64,000 nucleotides of DNA, taken from contig NC_058373.1 in assembly GCF_018350175.1 (NCBI RefSeq), forward strand, positions 99,450,001 through 99,514,000. Reading direction: 5' to 3'. Source of the stretch: Felis catus (taxonomy: Eukaryota). The translations under genes were made by a program, and so were the position numbers. This document shows, one piece after another, positions 37,509 through 50,709 of the stretch (the first letter of the stretch is position 1; the number at the start of each line of letters is the position of its first letter). The notes under the pieces were generated by a model, which was not told where the DNA came from, did not search any database, and worked only from the letters and a program-made list of their open reading frames with translations.

Positions 37509-38632
37509 TGCCATTGGGCACATAGTTATTAGGAGTCGAGGCGTGGGGGTCGGTATGGGCAGTGGTTTACATCCACTGTCATGACACCAGCAGGGGTCTC
37601 CACAGGTATGGGAAGCCTTTGTGCTCGCAGACCCTCAGCAACCTGGACATGTCCCTGGGAGAGATGCTGGAGGGGGAGGCAGAGCCTGCTCTGATTCATC
37701 CCAGGGTGGAAGCTGCGTGAGTAACACATTCCTGCAGCCTTTCCCAAAGCCAAAAGGAAGGTTGGACTAGAAGCCACAGGGAAATCCCTGTGGCACCCTG
37801 GGCTTTCCCGGCTCGACTGCCATGTAAGTGGGGACACCAGGATCCCATGGTGGAGTACGGATGGCTGAGGTTTCATCATGCAGACTGAGGCTAGATGAAG
37901 GTGCTCACAGCACCACCCCAGCAGGCACAGGAACACCTAAGAGCTCTGTAAGTCGTCGTGCCCACTACCCACCTCACAGTCAGTCCTGGTCCTGGTCCTG
38001 GTCAGCCGTAGTCCTTACCTCTCTCCCCCACCCCATCCACTCTCTTGCTTTCCATTTTCACGTGTCAGTCCTCTGTCCAGACCACTTCCCCAGTTGCCCT
38101 CTCTAAGCTCAGACTCTGATGCCATGGTCTGGCTCAAGGCCCTCTTCCTTCGCAAAGACTTCCCAGACTGCAGGGACGTGTGGGTCTGCCCTCCACTGTG
38201 TCACCTTAACAGCATGTGCCAATCCTTCCGTGGCTCCCTTCTCTCTTATTCAGACAAATCACTCAGTATTTCCAGGCTTCAACTTCTTCCTCTGTAACAT
38301 GGGAAGAATGACAGTATCTCCACTTCACAGGGCAGTTTTGAAGACTGATCGTGACAGCACAAACTAAAGCAAGTTTCCACCTAGAGTCCCAGGGGGTATG
38401 TGACAAATGCCAGCCAAAAAGTCCACTAGTGCCTCGGTCAGAGCAGGGCGTGAGGCAGGCACTCGGGTAACTCTCTGCTCTGCCGACCAGCTCCTGGAGC
38501 TCCCTGCAGAAACAAGGCACCTTAGCTAGAAGATGCTTGCATTTCCATTATAGTGCTGGCTCTGTGGTCTCTGAAAATAGAACAAAGCAAACAATGCATT
38601 TGAGGCCAGAACTGGAGTGTGACTGGGGGGGA

Positions 38633-38824
38633 GGAGCGCCTGGGTGACTCTGTCGGTTAAGCATCCAACTTGATGGCACCTCAGGTCATGATCTCACGGC
38701 TCGTGAGTTGGAGCCCTGTGTCAGGCTCTGCGCTGATAGTGCAGAGCCTGCTTGGGATCCTCTCCCTCCTTTTGGGCCCCTCCCTCTCCCTCTCTCAAAA
38801 TAAACAAATGAAAAAAAAAAAAAA
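38633..38824 (+). mobile_element. CAN-SINE
   Basis: Head, body, tail. Confidence 0.87.
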
Positions 38825-41008
38825 CAGAGCGTGATGGGGACATTCGTTGAGTGAGGTACACAGGTTCTGAAAAGAATCTAGGTTTCTCAACAAGAAGAAA
38901 AGTCTATAAAAAGAGTCTCTAAGGGAAAAAAAAATTTTGAAAAGAGAGGAAGAGATATTTGGGGGTTCTTTAAATCTTAATATTTTGGTTCGGCAAGATG
39001 ACCTGTAAGTTTTAAAGGGGAAATTAAAAATGCACTGGGCATGGTGCTTGCCATACTCAATTCCAATCCTCACAGCCACTTCACAAGGTTTACATTTTCT
39101 CCATTTAATAGCTGAGGAAAACGAGGGCCAGAGTATATGTCTTAGCCCAAACCACACAGTAGAGCTGGGACTCAAGCTCAGGTCACCCAACACCCAAATC
39201 CATGCTCCCCCACTCGGTCAGTAGAAACAGCCAGGCAGGTGGCTCACGGCTGGGCACTTGCAGGCAACTTTCCGTGTGAGTCACTGCTTACCCCCCTCCA
39301 CTAGCTATCCCAGCGGAAGTCCATTTCTGCTTGACGGACCTCTGGGGTGCCAATGTTTCCATTTGAAAAAAAAAAAAGTACCTACTAAGTGCACGTTTCT
39401 ATAAACCACACAGTCTTCCTGAAGCCTGAAAATCCGAACTGATTTGCCCTCTCTGCTCTCAAGGTTTATCTGTGCTCTCTGAGGTTGCCGATTTTTTTTC
39501 TCCCCACGGTTCAAAAATTTCTAGTTAGGTATTTTTTTTTTCCTAAATGTCTCAGTGTACTAATCAGCTTTTTCATATGCATTTTGCCATTTCTAAGACG
39601 TCAGGAGTAGACGCCCTCCAGCAGCTGCTAAATACCATAGTTCGTGCCCCAGAAGGGTTATGGCTGCTGCCTCTGTTCTCTATATTCCTTAAGCCTCCTC
39701 CCCTCGCTCCAGCAAGCTCAACCTCTCACAGCTCAAAGCAGGCTAGGCAGCCCCTTTCTTCTTAACCCTTCAATCAATCACTTCCACAGATCGGCGTCTT
39801 AATATTCCAACCTCTTCCCAGGGCAGGAAATCACAAGTGAAAAGACCGTTTTAGGACTGCATCTTTACCTCCGAATTCCCTTTCCTAAAAATCTTTGATA
39901 CGTGGCTTTAAATATTATGGAATTTTCACTGAAAAGTCTTCCAATAAAATTCACATCTTCCATTTGACAGAAAAGTGGCCCTTAGGCACAAATTGAGGCA
40001 TAGTGACTTAACAAGCCCCTTGCCTAACCTCTAGCCAACCCCCGCCCACCTCATTCGTACTGCCTTAAATCTTCCATCATTAGTAAAAGCAGCCACCATT
40101 TATTAAGGATCAGGTAGTGCAGACACTGAGAACTTTGTTATCTCACATAGTCCCCTCAGCAAACTGAGGAGAAATCAGAGGCTTCAGGGTTTCATGAGCT
40201 GCCTCAGGTCACCCAGCAAGTGAGCGCGCAAGCAAGCAAGGCAGCTAGGATTCAAACCTAAGTCTGACACCAGTGTTCTCCCTCTAATCATTACACAATG
40301 CCACTTTTGTCACAAAATAGCTTCTTTCCTCCTAAAATAAGCACTTCTTTGAGCATGTCCTTCGAGATCGCTACCACAGCAGAAGAACCCAGAAGGCCCT
40401 CTGCTAGGTCAACACATTTTTACTACAAAAGGAATGGGAAACAGCAAAGGTGGGGCAGGGGGCAGGGCAGAGGTCCTGAAGAGTGCTTTCACCTCGGGCC
40501 TCTCGCCTCCTATTAGAGGTCAGATGAGCAGTCCCTGGAACTGGAATGAATTTGTGCTCGGTTTCCCACTCATGTGTTTACGTCCCTGACTGGGAAGAAA
40601 GAGCTGATGTGACAAGACTCTATTTGGAAGAGAAGGCAACATGGCTCCATGTCTGTATTAATTAACCACGGCCTCCTCTTGGCATTTCTTTCCTGGCCCC
40701 CTCACACTGGTCAGTGAGTCATAAAATGAGGACAAGACTGCAGGGAGGTGAATACCGCAGCCGCACAGCCATGAACCAGAAATGACAGGGCACAGGTGGT
40801 TAGCAACTTTCTTTCCCCAGGGGTCTCCCCTCCCACACACACCACCAATGCATCTCTAACTAAGGGGAGCACAAGCATTATCCCATAACAGAGCAAGAAT
40901 CTGGAATGTGCGTCTGAGCCAGCACAACCAGCCACTTGAAACTAAAGCCTTCACCCCTCCGTCACTATAATGTATATGAAGCCTCAGAACACTTTACCTT
41001 TGCTGGAC

Positions 41009-41244
41009 TTTTTTTTTTAATATTTATTTTTGAGAGAGACAGAAAGCGAGAGAGAGACACACACACAGACAGATGGTAAGCGGGGGAGGGGCAGAGAGCG
41101 AGGGAGACACAGAATCCGAAGCAGGCTCCAGGCTCCGAGCTGTCAGCGACGAGCCCGACGTGGGGCCCGAACTCACAAACTGCGAGATCATGACCTGAGC
41201 TGAAGTCGGATGCTCAACCGACTGACTGAGCCACCCAGGCACCT
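41009..41244 (-). mobile_element. CAN-SINE
   Basis: TSD acctttgctg(g/a)acttt. Confidence 0.92.
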
Positions 41245-41581
41245 CACCTTTGCTGAACTTTCAAACTGAAACACTTCATTACACTATGACAGCACAGCCG
41301 GCACGAACAACCTAGTTCTTCCCCACTTACTTCGTGAGGCCCATTTAAAAAAAAAAAAAAAAACATTATTAATGGTCAAGAGATTCCAACAGACTTTGCC
41401 TGCCAAGATTTACTTGGCAGAAGAAAGATACTCCGTCTCCTGAAACGTAGGTTTAAAAGTCAGTTCCAATCTTCATTTTGCTGAATGTTTCACCAACTCC
41501 CTGGAGGGAAAAATCATAACTCTGCGCAAAACCAGCATTTTAAAAATGAAATCTCAGCGCCCGGTTTTCTCACGCACTTAC

Positions 41582-42336
41582 CCTCAGTGTTGGAAGTGAT
41601 GACGTCTTCCACCCCTAACACTTGCCTCCCTCGACCCAGTGGTATACTGTGAGCTGGCAAGGGATAGTTTAGAAGAACGACCTTTCCTTCAGGGAGGGCC
41701 GGAGGAACATCCGCTTCTGATGGTGGTGCCCCTCCATATGTGTAGGGGTTGATGCTTTTGTTTTCAGGATACGGAGGCAGGGTCCCCTGGGAAGGATCCA
41801 GTGACTCTCCTTCTACTTCTGATGGAGCTGGGCCTCTGGTCCCTGGCTGTTCAGAAGACTCAACGCGGACGTTTAAATCTGGGGTGTCCATCCCCCACGG
41901 ATGTCTCCCCTCTTTGGGTTGAGGGTTCAAGGTGGCAGATTCCGTTTCAGGGTAGAATGGCCAGTTACTAGAGGTCAGATGCGGCAAAGGGGAGGCCAGA
42001 TCAGAATTCGGTGGAGACATTCCACCCCCCATGGGTCTTGACTCAGCTTTCGATTGGAAGGAAACATCAACACTGCTGTGGCCATTCAGTGCTTCCTCTG
42101 GTTCACTCGGAGTGTATTCAACTCCCCCCTCATTCTCATTCTCATCATAATAATCCAAATTGTCCTCAGTGTAGTCACTTGCCAGGACCTCAGGGAGGCC
42201 GAAGGAACGCTCGGGGGGAGCTGCAGAGTGGCCTTTGGAAAGGTCCCCTCCAACTGTTGCTGGCCTGATATTGTCCAGTCGGGGGGTGCTGCCAATATGA
42301 AAAGCCCACACTCCAGGAGCCCCCAGGTTGCTTTGT
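41582..42336 (-). CDS. NID2: NID2 exon 4 (end of NIDO plus acidic/Pro-rich linker)
   Basis: tag|QSNLGAPGVWAFHIG...DNLDYYDE...TSNTE|GTAAGT; 755 nt open frame, phase 2-1. Confidence 0.92.
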
Positions 42337-42584
42337 CTAAATAAAAAGGAAACAGTGCATGACCAAAGTGTCCATTCGCCCACCATCCAACAAAGGTGAG
42401 CAATTTATTTTAAAACTGAAACACTGTTAAGATCAGATTCAGAGTTTTCATCAGTGTATAAAACCAAATAAAACCAGGCTTATGTGCTAACTAAAAGGAT
42501 TATACTGGAATTTTGATGTAAACTACCTCTTACTCAACATTAGCTTTCAGAATGCTGGACCATCAAATTAGAAATCTGCTTTAA

Positions 42585-42788
42585 GGGGCACCCGGGTGGC
42601 TCAGTCAATTTGGCCTCTGACTCTTGCTGTCAGCTCAGGGCATGACCTCTCGGTTTGTGAGTTTGAGCCCCGCATCAGGCTCTGTGCTGACAGTACAGAA
42701 CCTGCTTGAGATTCTCTCTCTCCTTCTCTCCCTGCCCCTCCTCCGCTCTCCCTCAAAAATAAATAAACGTTTTAAAAAAGAAAAAAAA
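42585..42788 (+). mobile_element. CAN-SINE
   Basis: Head, body, tail. Confidence 0.88.
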
Positions 42789-43369
42789 TCTCTAAAATTC
42801 ACGTTTTATCTGAAATCTGGCTATTTGAAAACAAATAGAGAATGCAGGAATATTTTATACGTCCTCTACTTTTAACACACTCAGAAAAATGTATGCTTAT
42901 ACAACTTTGTTAAACACTTAAAACAGTGACAACTACGTACTTTTGAGATTTAGTGATATACCAAGTGCTTAATGTTCTTCAGTACAATCTACAAGGTAGG
43001 GGCAGTCATTATGCCCAATTTCACAGAGGTGAAAATAGTTTAGAGAGGCTAACCAATCTTCTTAAGGTCATACAACTAATAACTGGCAAAGCTTGGACAC
43101 AAACTCACCACTAACACCAAAGCCCATGCTCTAAATATCTACCTTATGTCAGAAAACCAATATACTAGAGTCAATCGGCATCTGAATGATCACTGGTCTT
43201 CAGAATGTTACAGACATTTCACTGTTTAATCACATGGATTAATCAATAAACTAACTCACATAGAATTGTGAGTCAATGTAAAAACACTCAAAGAAATATA
43301 CATGCCCAAGTGTAAAAAATGTTGAGCAAACGCAGAACAAAGTTAAGGGGAATATCAGAAAGTAGTTTT

Positions 43370-43600
43370 GGGGCACCTGAGTGGCTCTGTCTGTTAAGCG
43401 TGCAACTCTTGATTTCAGCTCAGGTCATGATCTCACGGTTAGTGGGATCAAGTCCCATATCAGGCTTAGCACTGACCGGGCAGAGCCTGCTTAGGATTCT
43501 CTCTCTCTCCCTCTCTTCCTGTCCCTCCACCCCCACATGTGCACGTGCACTCTCTCTCTCTCTCTCAAAATAAATAAATAACCTTAAAAAAGAAAAAAAA
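43370..43600 (+). mobile_element. CAN-SINE
   Basis: TSD agaaa(g/a)tagttt. Confidence 0.88.
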
Positions 43601-44151
43601 AGAAAATAGTTTAATCAAAATTCCATGGGTTATAGGTGAGAGGTGTTCAAAAACATCTGGAACCAGAGAGCTCACGTGTTTTCTTTATTAGAAAAGAACA
43701 TGGACCCCACTCAGTTTTCCCAATGCCCCAAGGATCCATTATTTTAGTCAATGATACATTCTAAAGAGAACTACACAAAAGACTTCTAAAAAACTAAAAA
43801 CAAAAACAAACAACAACAAAAACTTGAACAAACAAGGGTCTGGCTAGCTTGAATGCACCAGTTTCTATACTCCTCTGGTGTATGTACAAAATACCAAGCT
43901 CAAAGCTCCCCCCTTAATCAAAAAAATTATGGGGGTCAGTGAGGCATAAGACTTAATTTAGAGAATAACAAATTTATCGAATCATTGTAAGAATCATTGC
44001 TCATTTGGGTAGGAACTCATCATGTTCACATGGATTTCCATAGCAATAATAACTTCAGTACAATTCTAAGAATGTCTCCTTCCCTCCTTGTCTGCCCATC
44101 CCTTGCCCTTTTCTTCCTCTCCTCCTGTCCACCTTCCCCTCTCCCACTATC

Positions 44152-44152
<1 letters not shown>

Positions 44153-44184
<32 letters not shown>

Positions 44185-44204
44185 GTTGTTGTTGTTGTTA
44201 TTGT
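44153..44204. repeat. Compound (TG)n(TTG)n microsatellite
   Basis: Direct reading. Confidence 0.93.
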
Positions 44205-44939
44205 TTCTGCTGCTGCTCTTATAGTTACTTTAGGGAAAGAGGAGCAGAGAAAACAAAACTGTGATCTCTTGTGCAGTATGCTATATATGCTTGGTATGTT
44301 CTAAGATTCCATGCTGGTGTTTTTCCAGCAAGCAAATAAGGAACACTTAAGTAAGAAGAGAGAATCCTGAGGATCTGAGGATAGTTAGTTTATATTATCG
44401 CATCAGAGGTGTTGCAGCTATGAAATGTCTTCTTGAAGTTAGAAAAACTATAAAAGTTTCAAAGACTAGGAAAATACAAATTATGGCAGAAAACCGCTAA
44501 ATAAAACAACTCTCTAATGAAATATAAATCAGTATCCTGGTTTTTGTTGTTGTGCGTGATGGGAAAGTAACCAGTTTGAGTTTATCCTAAAATCCGAGGT
44601 CATTTGGAAAGCTCAGAGATAGAGAAAATTTAATTTATTTTCTACAAAGGAAAACAAGGCCACAAAGTGGGATGACAGTGCCTTCCTCCCTGGGCTGTTA
44701 GGAGGATTAAGTAAGAACACCACACAAAATGCCTAGCATGAGGCCCTGCACACGATTAGTACTTAGTAATTACTGTCTTTCAGGAGACAGAAGAGTATAA
44801 TTTCAAAAAACACAAATGTGTGCGTTCGCATTTAAATTTGCAGAAGAGGAGTTATGCCAAACACTATGGATTAGATAGTTCATTACCTTTAAGTTCACAA
44901 TTATAAGACAAGTTTGAGGAAGACAAAGATACCACTGAC

Positions 44940-46090
44940 TAGGAAGATAATTTTATTATTTAGAGATGCATACTGAAGTATTTAGTATTTAGCATTAGCA
45001 TGATGTTTGTGATTTGCCTTAAAATACTTAAGTGTTTTAAAAATGATGAATAATATGGCAAAATGTCAACAGCTTCTAAATCTAACCGATGAGCTTCTGG
45101 GTATTCATTCAGCTATTTTCTCCACTTTTCTGTGTATTTTTGAAAATTTAAATTCGGACAAGTAAAATAGAAGGTTAAACTGAGGACCATTTCCACAATG
45201 GGGAGGTAGGGAAAGCCTTTCTAAGAATAACAAAGGAAAAGAGTACTATCTTTGACGACACTAAACCTACAGCTTCTCGATGTGGAGTAACTTTAAAGAT
45301 GAACTGGGCAAAAATATTCACAGCATATGAGAGAATTAATACTCTTGCTGTAATTTTTCTTATTTATAAGAGCTCTCCGCGCACACCCCAGTAGAAAATA
45401 GCAAAGGGCATGGGCAGAGAAGTCACAAAGATGGATAAATGGCTATTACACCTATGAAAAGGTGTAATCAAAGAAGTGAGAGTAAGGATCTAATCAAAGA
45501 AATTAGAGTGAGGATAGCAACTGATACCTACCAGATTCACAAATATTAACAAGAAGCTGTTGATCACAGTTCTATACTATTGGTGAGCATAGAAATTGCA
45601 CATTTCTGAACGGCAGTTTGTTGATGTACATCAAAGCGTTAAAACTGTATCTATCCTTTCTCAGCAATTCCACTCTTAAGAAGTTATCTTTACCAGAAAT
45701 AAGAATCTGAGCAATGTGTGTTATGCTGTGTACTGCAATGATATTTCTAAAAGGAAAGATAAAAAACAAATTCATCAGTAAGTTTTTATCTTCATAGTGT
45801 GGTATAAAAATGGTGCAATGTTCGATAGCCTTAAAACGATAAGACGAACAGATTATCTTAGTGAATGATACCTATAAGACATTGATAAATGGGAAAATGC
45901 TACATGTATAGCAAAAGAACCATTTTGGTTTTAGAAAGTTTTTGCATAATTCTTAAGTTAGAATGACTGCTAATACTGGTTATTGCTTGAAGCAGTGATA
46001 ATGGGTAATTTGTGCTTTTATTTCACATTATTCCGTGTGTTTGTACTTTATATTTTATATTAAGTATGAGCTATACTTCAGAAAAATCTG
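44940..46090 (+). mobile_element. Highly diverged L1ME-like fragments
   Basis: tttagagatgcatactgaagtattta; cagcaattccactcttaaga; gggaaagcctttctaag. Confidence 0.55.
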
Positions 46091-47749
46091 TTAGTCCCCT
46101 ATCTTCTGTTCTCAGCAAGAACTCAGAAGAAGCATCAAAGACACAAATGAGGGCAGGCACGGAGGGAGGTAAATGGGAGTGCTGCGTGTGTGTGTGTATG
46201 CACGTGCAAGTCTTTGTGTGCATGTGTGTGTGCATGTGTGCGTGCACATGTGTAAGCATGTGTGTTAGTTCCAAAGGGTTTTTATCACCGTGGTGGGGAG
46301 CGCAACTGCTTTTTCCTACAGACTTTTTGGCCCCCACCGCCTCCTGTACCAGGAGTAGAGTCAACACTCATTCCAGTGCTCTGAAATTCTTCCCATTTGT
46401 CTGTCTACCAGAGTATAGGTTGCTAGTGTGCAGGGCCGCTGTCTCAAACATCTTTGCATTTCAAGTGCTTTGCCCACTGTGAACTCTTAGTAACGTCTGA
46501 GGAGTAGAGAATCTGTGGCCTCCAGAGACGAAGAGGAAGGTGAAACCAGAGGAGAGAAAGCAAGCAGCTAGATTTTCTCACGTCTGAACTAAAAGGCAGC
46601 CTGGATGGAGACCTAAAGATGCCCAAGGTTGGTCAGAAGACGGGGAAAGCAGAGCGGGATTCAGCATAAAAGAAGGAGTTGGAGACTCCAGACTTGTGCT
46701 TGAATTTTGGCCTTGCCACTTAATTACTTTGAGGTCATAATTTCACTTTCCTAAGCCCATTTATCAAATTGAGAAGATAGTAGAACTTACCTCCCAGGAT
46801 TCCTGTGAGTTTTAACTAAGACAACTTCTGGAAAGTGTTTTACACGATGTTTGGCAACTAATAAGCCCTCAAAACATGTCAGCACTAAGTAACCAGATCT
46901 GGTTGTAGGGCCTGCTCTCTGATAGCTGAGTAGAGCGGATGGCATGTAAAAGTGTGAGGTACTGCAGTGCCCAGGAATAACATAATGGAAGGGAGACACA
47001 GTTAAGGAAGGCTAAGTAAACAGTGTATTCCGCCTGGATTCTAGCCCAGTATTAGGGAAAGGAATAAAAGCAAAGACAGTTTTTACAAGCCCTGAAATTA
47101 GTAAGTTATGAAATGGTGCCGACCCAGATATGGTGTTGATGCGGACTGACACATAGCACAAGGGCGTATTATTGCACTGGCAGAGGAAGCCTCTGATGGC
47201 ACTGAGGAATGTGCTCAGTTCTAGCGACCTCATGGAAAACCAACCAGTATGGTTTCAGTTAATGAAGCCATACAGAAACCCTGAGACCTCTAAAATGCTA
47301 CCAATGTGTTTGGTTTTCCCTTTTCCCCAAATTACGCTATACTTGATTTAACTTTTAACGTGTATCTGCCTAAAAGACTAAATCACAACATCTCCTCCGG
47401 TGAAATGATTAACTTGGAAAAATCTCAGTCTGGGCAGTTATATTACTGGACATTTTTATGTGGCTCCAAGAGCAATGTTTTCCATAGCAAGCCTCAGTGG
47501 CTGTGCAAACACATAAACACTGTTCTGTTTCCGGTATCTATACCCAATAGGGCAGGAAAAATAAAGGGCCTTTTATATTTTGGTGAATTTGTTCCCCCTA
47601 GGGTCTAATCTAGTTCCTGGTTTTGACCTGATGCCTCCAGTGGAAGCCCCCAAGATATTATTTAATGGTCTTATGGCCGCTGGAGTTTGGGTAGCTCCAA
47701 AGGGTCCTCAACATCAGACAGGGAAGGGCTTATGCCCTGAGTTACTTAC

Positions 47750-47982
47750 TGGTAGAGATTCTTTACAGACTGTTCAGTGCTTGTCAAGCTGAAGTAGGGA
47801 CCTTCTCTCTTCAGGTCATCGACCTCCCCTCGGCAGAAGCCCACCCGGGCAGGAAGCTCGAGCTGGACGTTATAAGACTCTTTGGGGCGGGTTCCAAAGA
47901 ACTGAAGGCCATTGGCAGGGTAAAGAAAGAGGGCGTAGGTATCAGACTCATCAGACGCCAAAACTGCCTGGAAAGTGTTCCG
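47750..47982 (-). CDS. NID2: NID2 exon 3 (NIDO)
   Basis: tag|[41 protein letters not shown]...KNLY|GTAAGT; 233 nt, phase 0-2. Confidence 0.96.
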
Positions 47983-48369
47983 CTATGAAAAACAAAAAAT
48001 AGGAAATATTTTTAATAAAAGAAACAGAAAAGAAAAACAAAACAGAATGCAGACAAAGCATCATAAAATACAAAGGGTTTGCCCCCTTCTTAGGATTCCT
48101 CCAAATTGCTTTTGTACATTATATTCTTCTCAATTTCCTCTCCAAGTTACAATTTTGTAAGCTATACTATTATTATAATTCTTTTTTATCATTTAGATTA
48201 ACACTTGAAATGTGCATAGGTAAGAAACACAGGTTACAAAAATAACGTTTTTAAGGTTTCGTATTGTTCTCATCCAAACCTCTTTAAGAGCTAAGAGCAA
48301 GGACCAAAATTAACCTGTATATTCCCACAGCCACTGGCCTAGTTCACTGTCCCAGGCACTCATGTGGAT

Positions 48370-48404
48370 CATTCATTCATTCATTCATTCATTCATTCAT
48401 TCAT
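48370..48404. repeat. (ATTC)n repeat, probably an L2 tail
   Basis: Direct reading. Confidence 0.85.
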
Positions 48405-49303
48405 CTGTTACTGAATACCCGTGATGGGCAGGCATGGTGTTAGCCAGTGGATGATCTAAAGGCCTCCTTACTGTTCTCACACCCTTGCTCTCTTTCCTCT
48501 TTCTGCCGCCTTTTCACACCAGCACGCGAGTTAGCCTACCCTCACTTCACAGAGCAGGAAACAAGACTTGAGGGCTAAGAGATCTGCCTAAGGGCTGGTA
48601 GCTAGTACGTGATGGCAGGCCAGGCGGCTCCAGAGTCTATGACCTGTGCCACTAGGCCACCCTAACTACTCCTTAGCGTGCCATTCAGGGCGGTTTGTAA
48701 GTGCCCTAAACTCTTTCCCCAGGTTTAGATCCACTGCATCTTCATCGGACTATGTAACATTCCCCATCTGTGTCATGTATTTTACTGCTTCTGTATTTTT
48801 GCTCATGTTTCCCCGTGCCTGGAAACCTTCCTAACATTCCAACGCTCTCCTTCTGAGGCATTTTGTGATTCCCTGTAGATTTATTTCTGTTCTCCGACCA
48901 TCCACAACACCTTTGTGGGTATTTCTCGTTAGCATTCACCTCATCTTGCTTAGTTAGCTGTTTATGTGTTTGTAAACTCCATTATTAATCCACTCGCACA
49001 TTAATTCAGCCAAGTGCCTACTATGTGCCTACAAAGCACGAGACATTATGCTTGGTGCTGAAGAAACAAAGGAAGGGAGACTCTGCCCAGGATATTCTCA
49101 CTATTTCGGAGAAGGAACGGCCATGACTGGAATTCAGGAGAGTTGGCGGAGAAGATAGTAGAGGCCAGAGGAGGGTGTGTGAGACCTTAGGGTTGGGCTG
49201 GGGAGGCATCACAGAGGCAGCCTGTGAATGCTAATAAACACAGGAGGAGCCAAAGCAGACCAGAGTGAGAGACTGAATTAGCCACAAACCCAACACCCAC
49301 GTC

Positions 49304-49543
49304 CTTTTTTTTTTTTTTTTTTTTAATTTTTTTTTTCAACGTTTATTTATTTTTGGGACAGAGAGAGACAGAGCAAAATGGAGGGGGGGAGGGGCAGAGA
49401 GAGAGGGAGACACAGAATCGGAAACAGGCTCCAGGCTCCGAGCCATCAGCCCAGAGACTGACGCGGGGCTCGAACTCAAGGACCGCGAGATCGTGACCTG
49501 GCTGAAGTCGGACGCTTAACCGACTGCGCCACCCAGGCGCCCC
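49304..49543 (-). mobile_element. Young SINEC_Fc
   Basis: TSD aacacccacgtcctt. Confidence 0.95.
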
Positions 49544-50129
49544 AACACCCACGTCCTTATAGAATCACTCCTTAAAGTTCATTTTACTCTTGTATTTTCA
49601 GCCAGACACTTTTTGCCTTTACCTACATAAGGCTATCTCCACCCAACCCCAAATGGTCTGTTAATGGTACTTCCTTATCTTAAAAAGACGTTATATTTAG
49701 GACTCTAAGAAGGCTTCTCTCACTAAATCCCCCTCCTTTTACAACTTGGTAGGGGACTGGGAAGTATTTATAAATAACACTACTTCCTAAATAATGTGAC
49801 TCTTATTGACTGGTAAGGAGTATTATTTCTCCATTTTGCTAGACAGATAAAAGCAGGCAGAGAGAAGAACATCACATCTTACTAAATAAAAGAGGAAACA
49901 AGAGGAAAGTGTCCTGCGTTTCGTTCTGTCCATGGCCCTTCTCCATATGGTGCTCAGACTCTTCTAGTGTTTACTCTTCCTTTCACAAGCTTAATTTCCA
50001 AGTACAGTTTTGAGGTTTAGCTTATAGGACAAAGCAATTCAGGTGTTAAAACGCTTTTAAAGAAAAAAAGAAGGCACACAACCTTTCTTTTTGTTTTCTA
50101 ATGGAAAAACTTACCTTGCTTTGCTTCCT

Positions 50130-50173
50130 TTTTTTTAAAAGATTTTATTTTCTTTTTAAGTTTATTTATTTAT

Positions 50174-50218
<45 letters not shown>

Positions 50219-50370
50219 GTGGGGTAGGGGCAGAGAGAGAGAATCCCAAGCAGGCTCCACACTGTCAGCGCAGAGCCTGATGCAGGGCTTGAACTCGTGA
50301 ACCGCTAGATCATGACCTGAGCCGAAATCAGCGCTGGACGCTTAACCTACTGAGCCACCCAGGCACGCCT

Positions 50371-50407
<37 letters not shown>

Positions 50408-50709
50408 ATATTTATTTATTTTTGAGAGAGACAGAGATAGAATGCAAGTGGGTTGGGGCAGAGAGAGAGGGAGACACAGAATCTGAAGCAGGCTCCAGGT
50501 TCCGAGCTGTCAGCACAAAGCCTGATGCGGGGCTCGAACTCACAGACCGTGAGATCATGACCTGAGCTGAGGTCACTCAACTGACTGAGCCACCCAGGTG
50601 CCCTCCAGGCACCCCTTTAAAGATTTCATTTTTAAGTAATCTCTACACCCAAATGGGGCCCTGAGATCGAGAGTCACATGCTCTACCAACCAAGCCAGCG
50701 AGGCACCCC
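50130..50709 (-). mobile_element. Three nested CAN-SINEs (about 50150-50369, 50370-50603, 50613-50709)
   Basis: Three SINE heads; (GA)n and (TTTA)n tracts; internal duplications ccaggcac(g/c)ccttta and aaagattt(t/c)atttt. Confidence 0.88.

Noticed and set aside
20895..40720. Several AP-1 sites (TGAGTCA/TGACTCA)
   Set aside because: Number is about what chance predicts for a 7-mer in this length
46184..46265. Alternating purine-pyrimidine tract (possible Z-DNA)
   Set aside because: Ordinary degenerate (TG)n microsatellite with no supporting context
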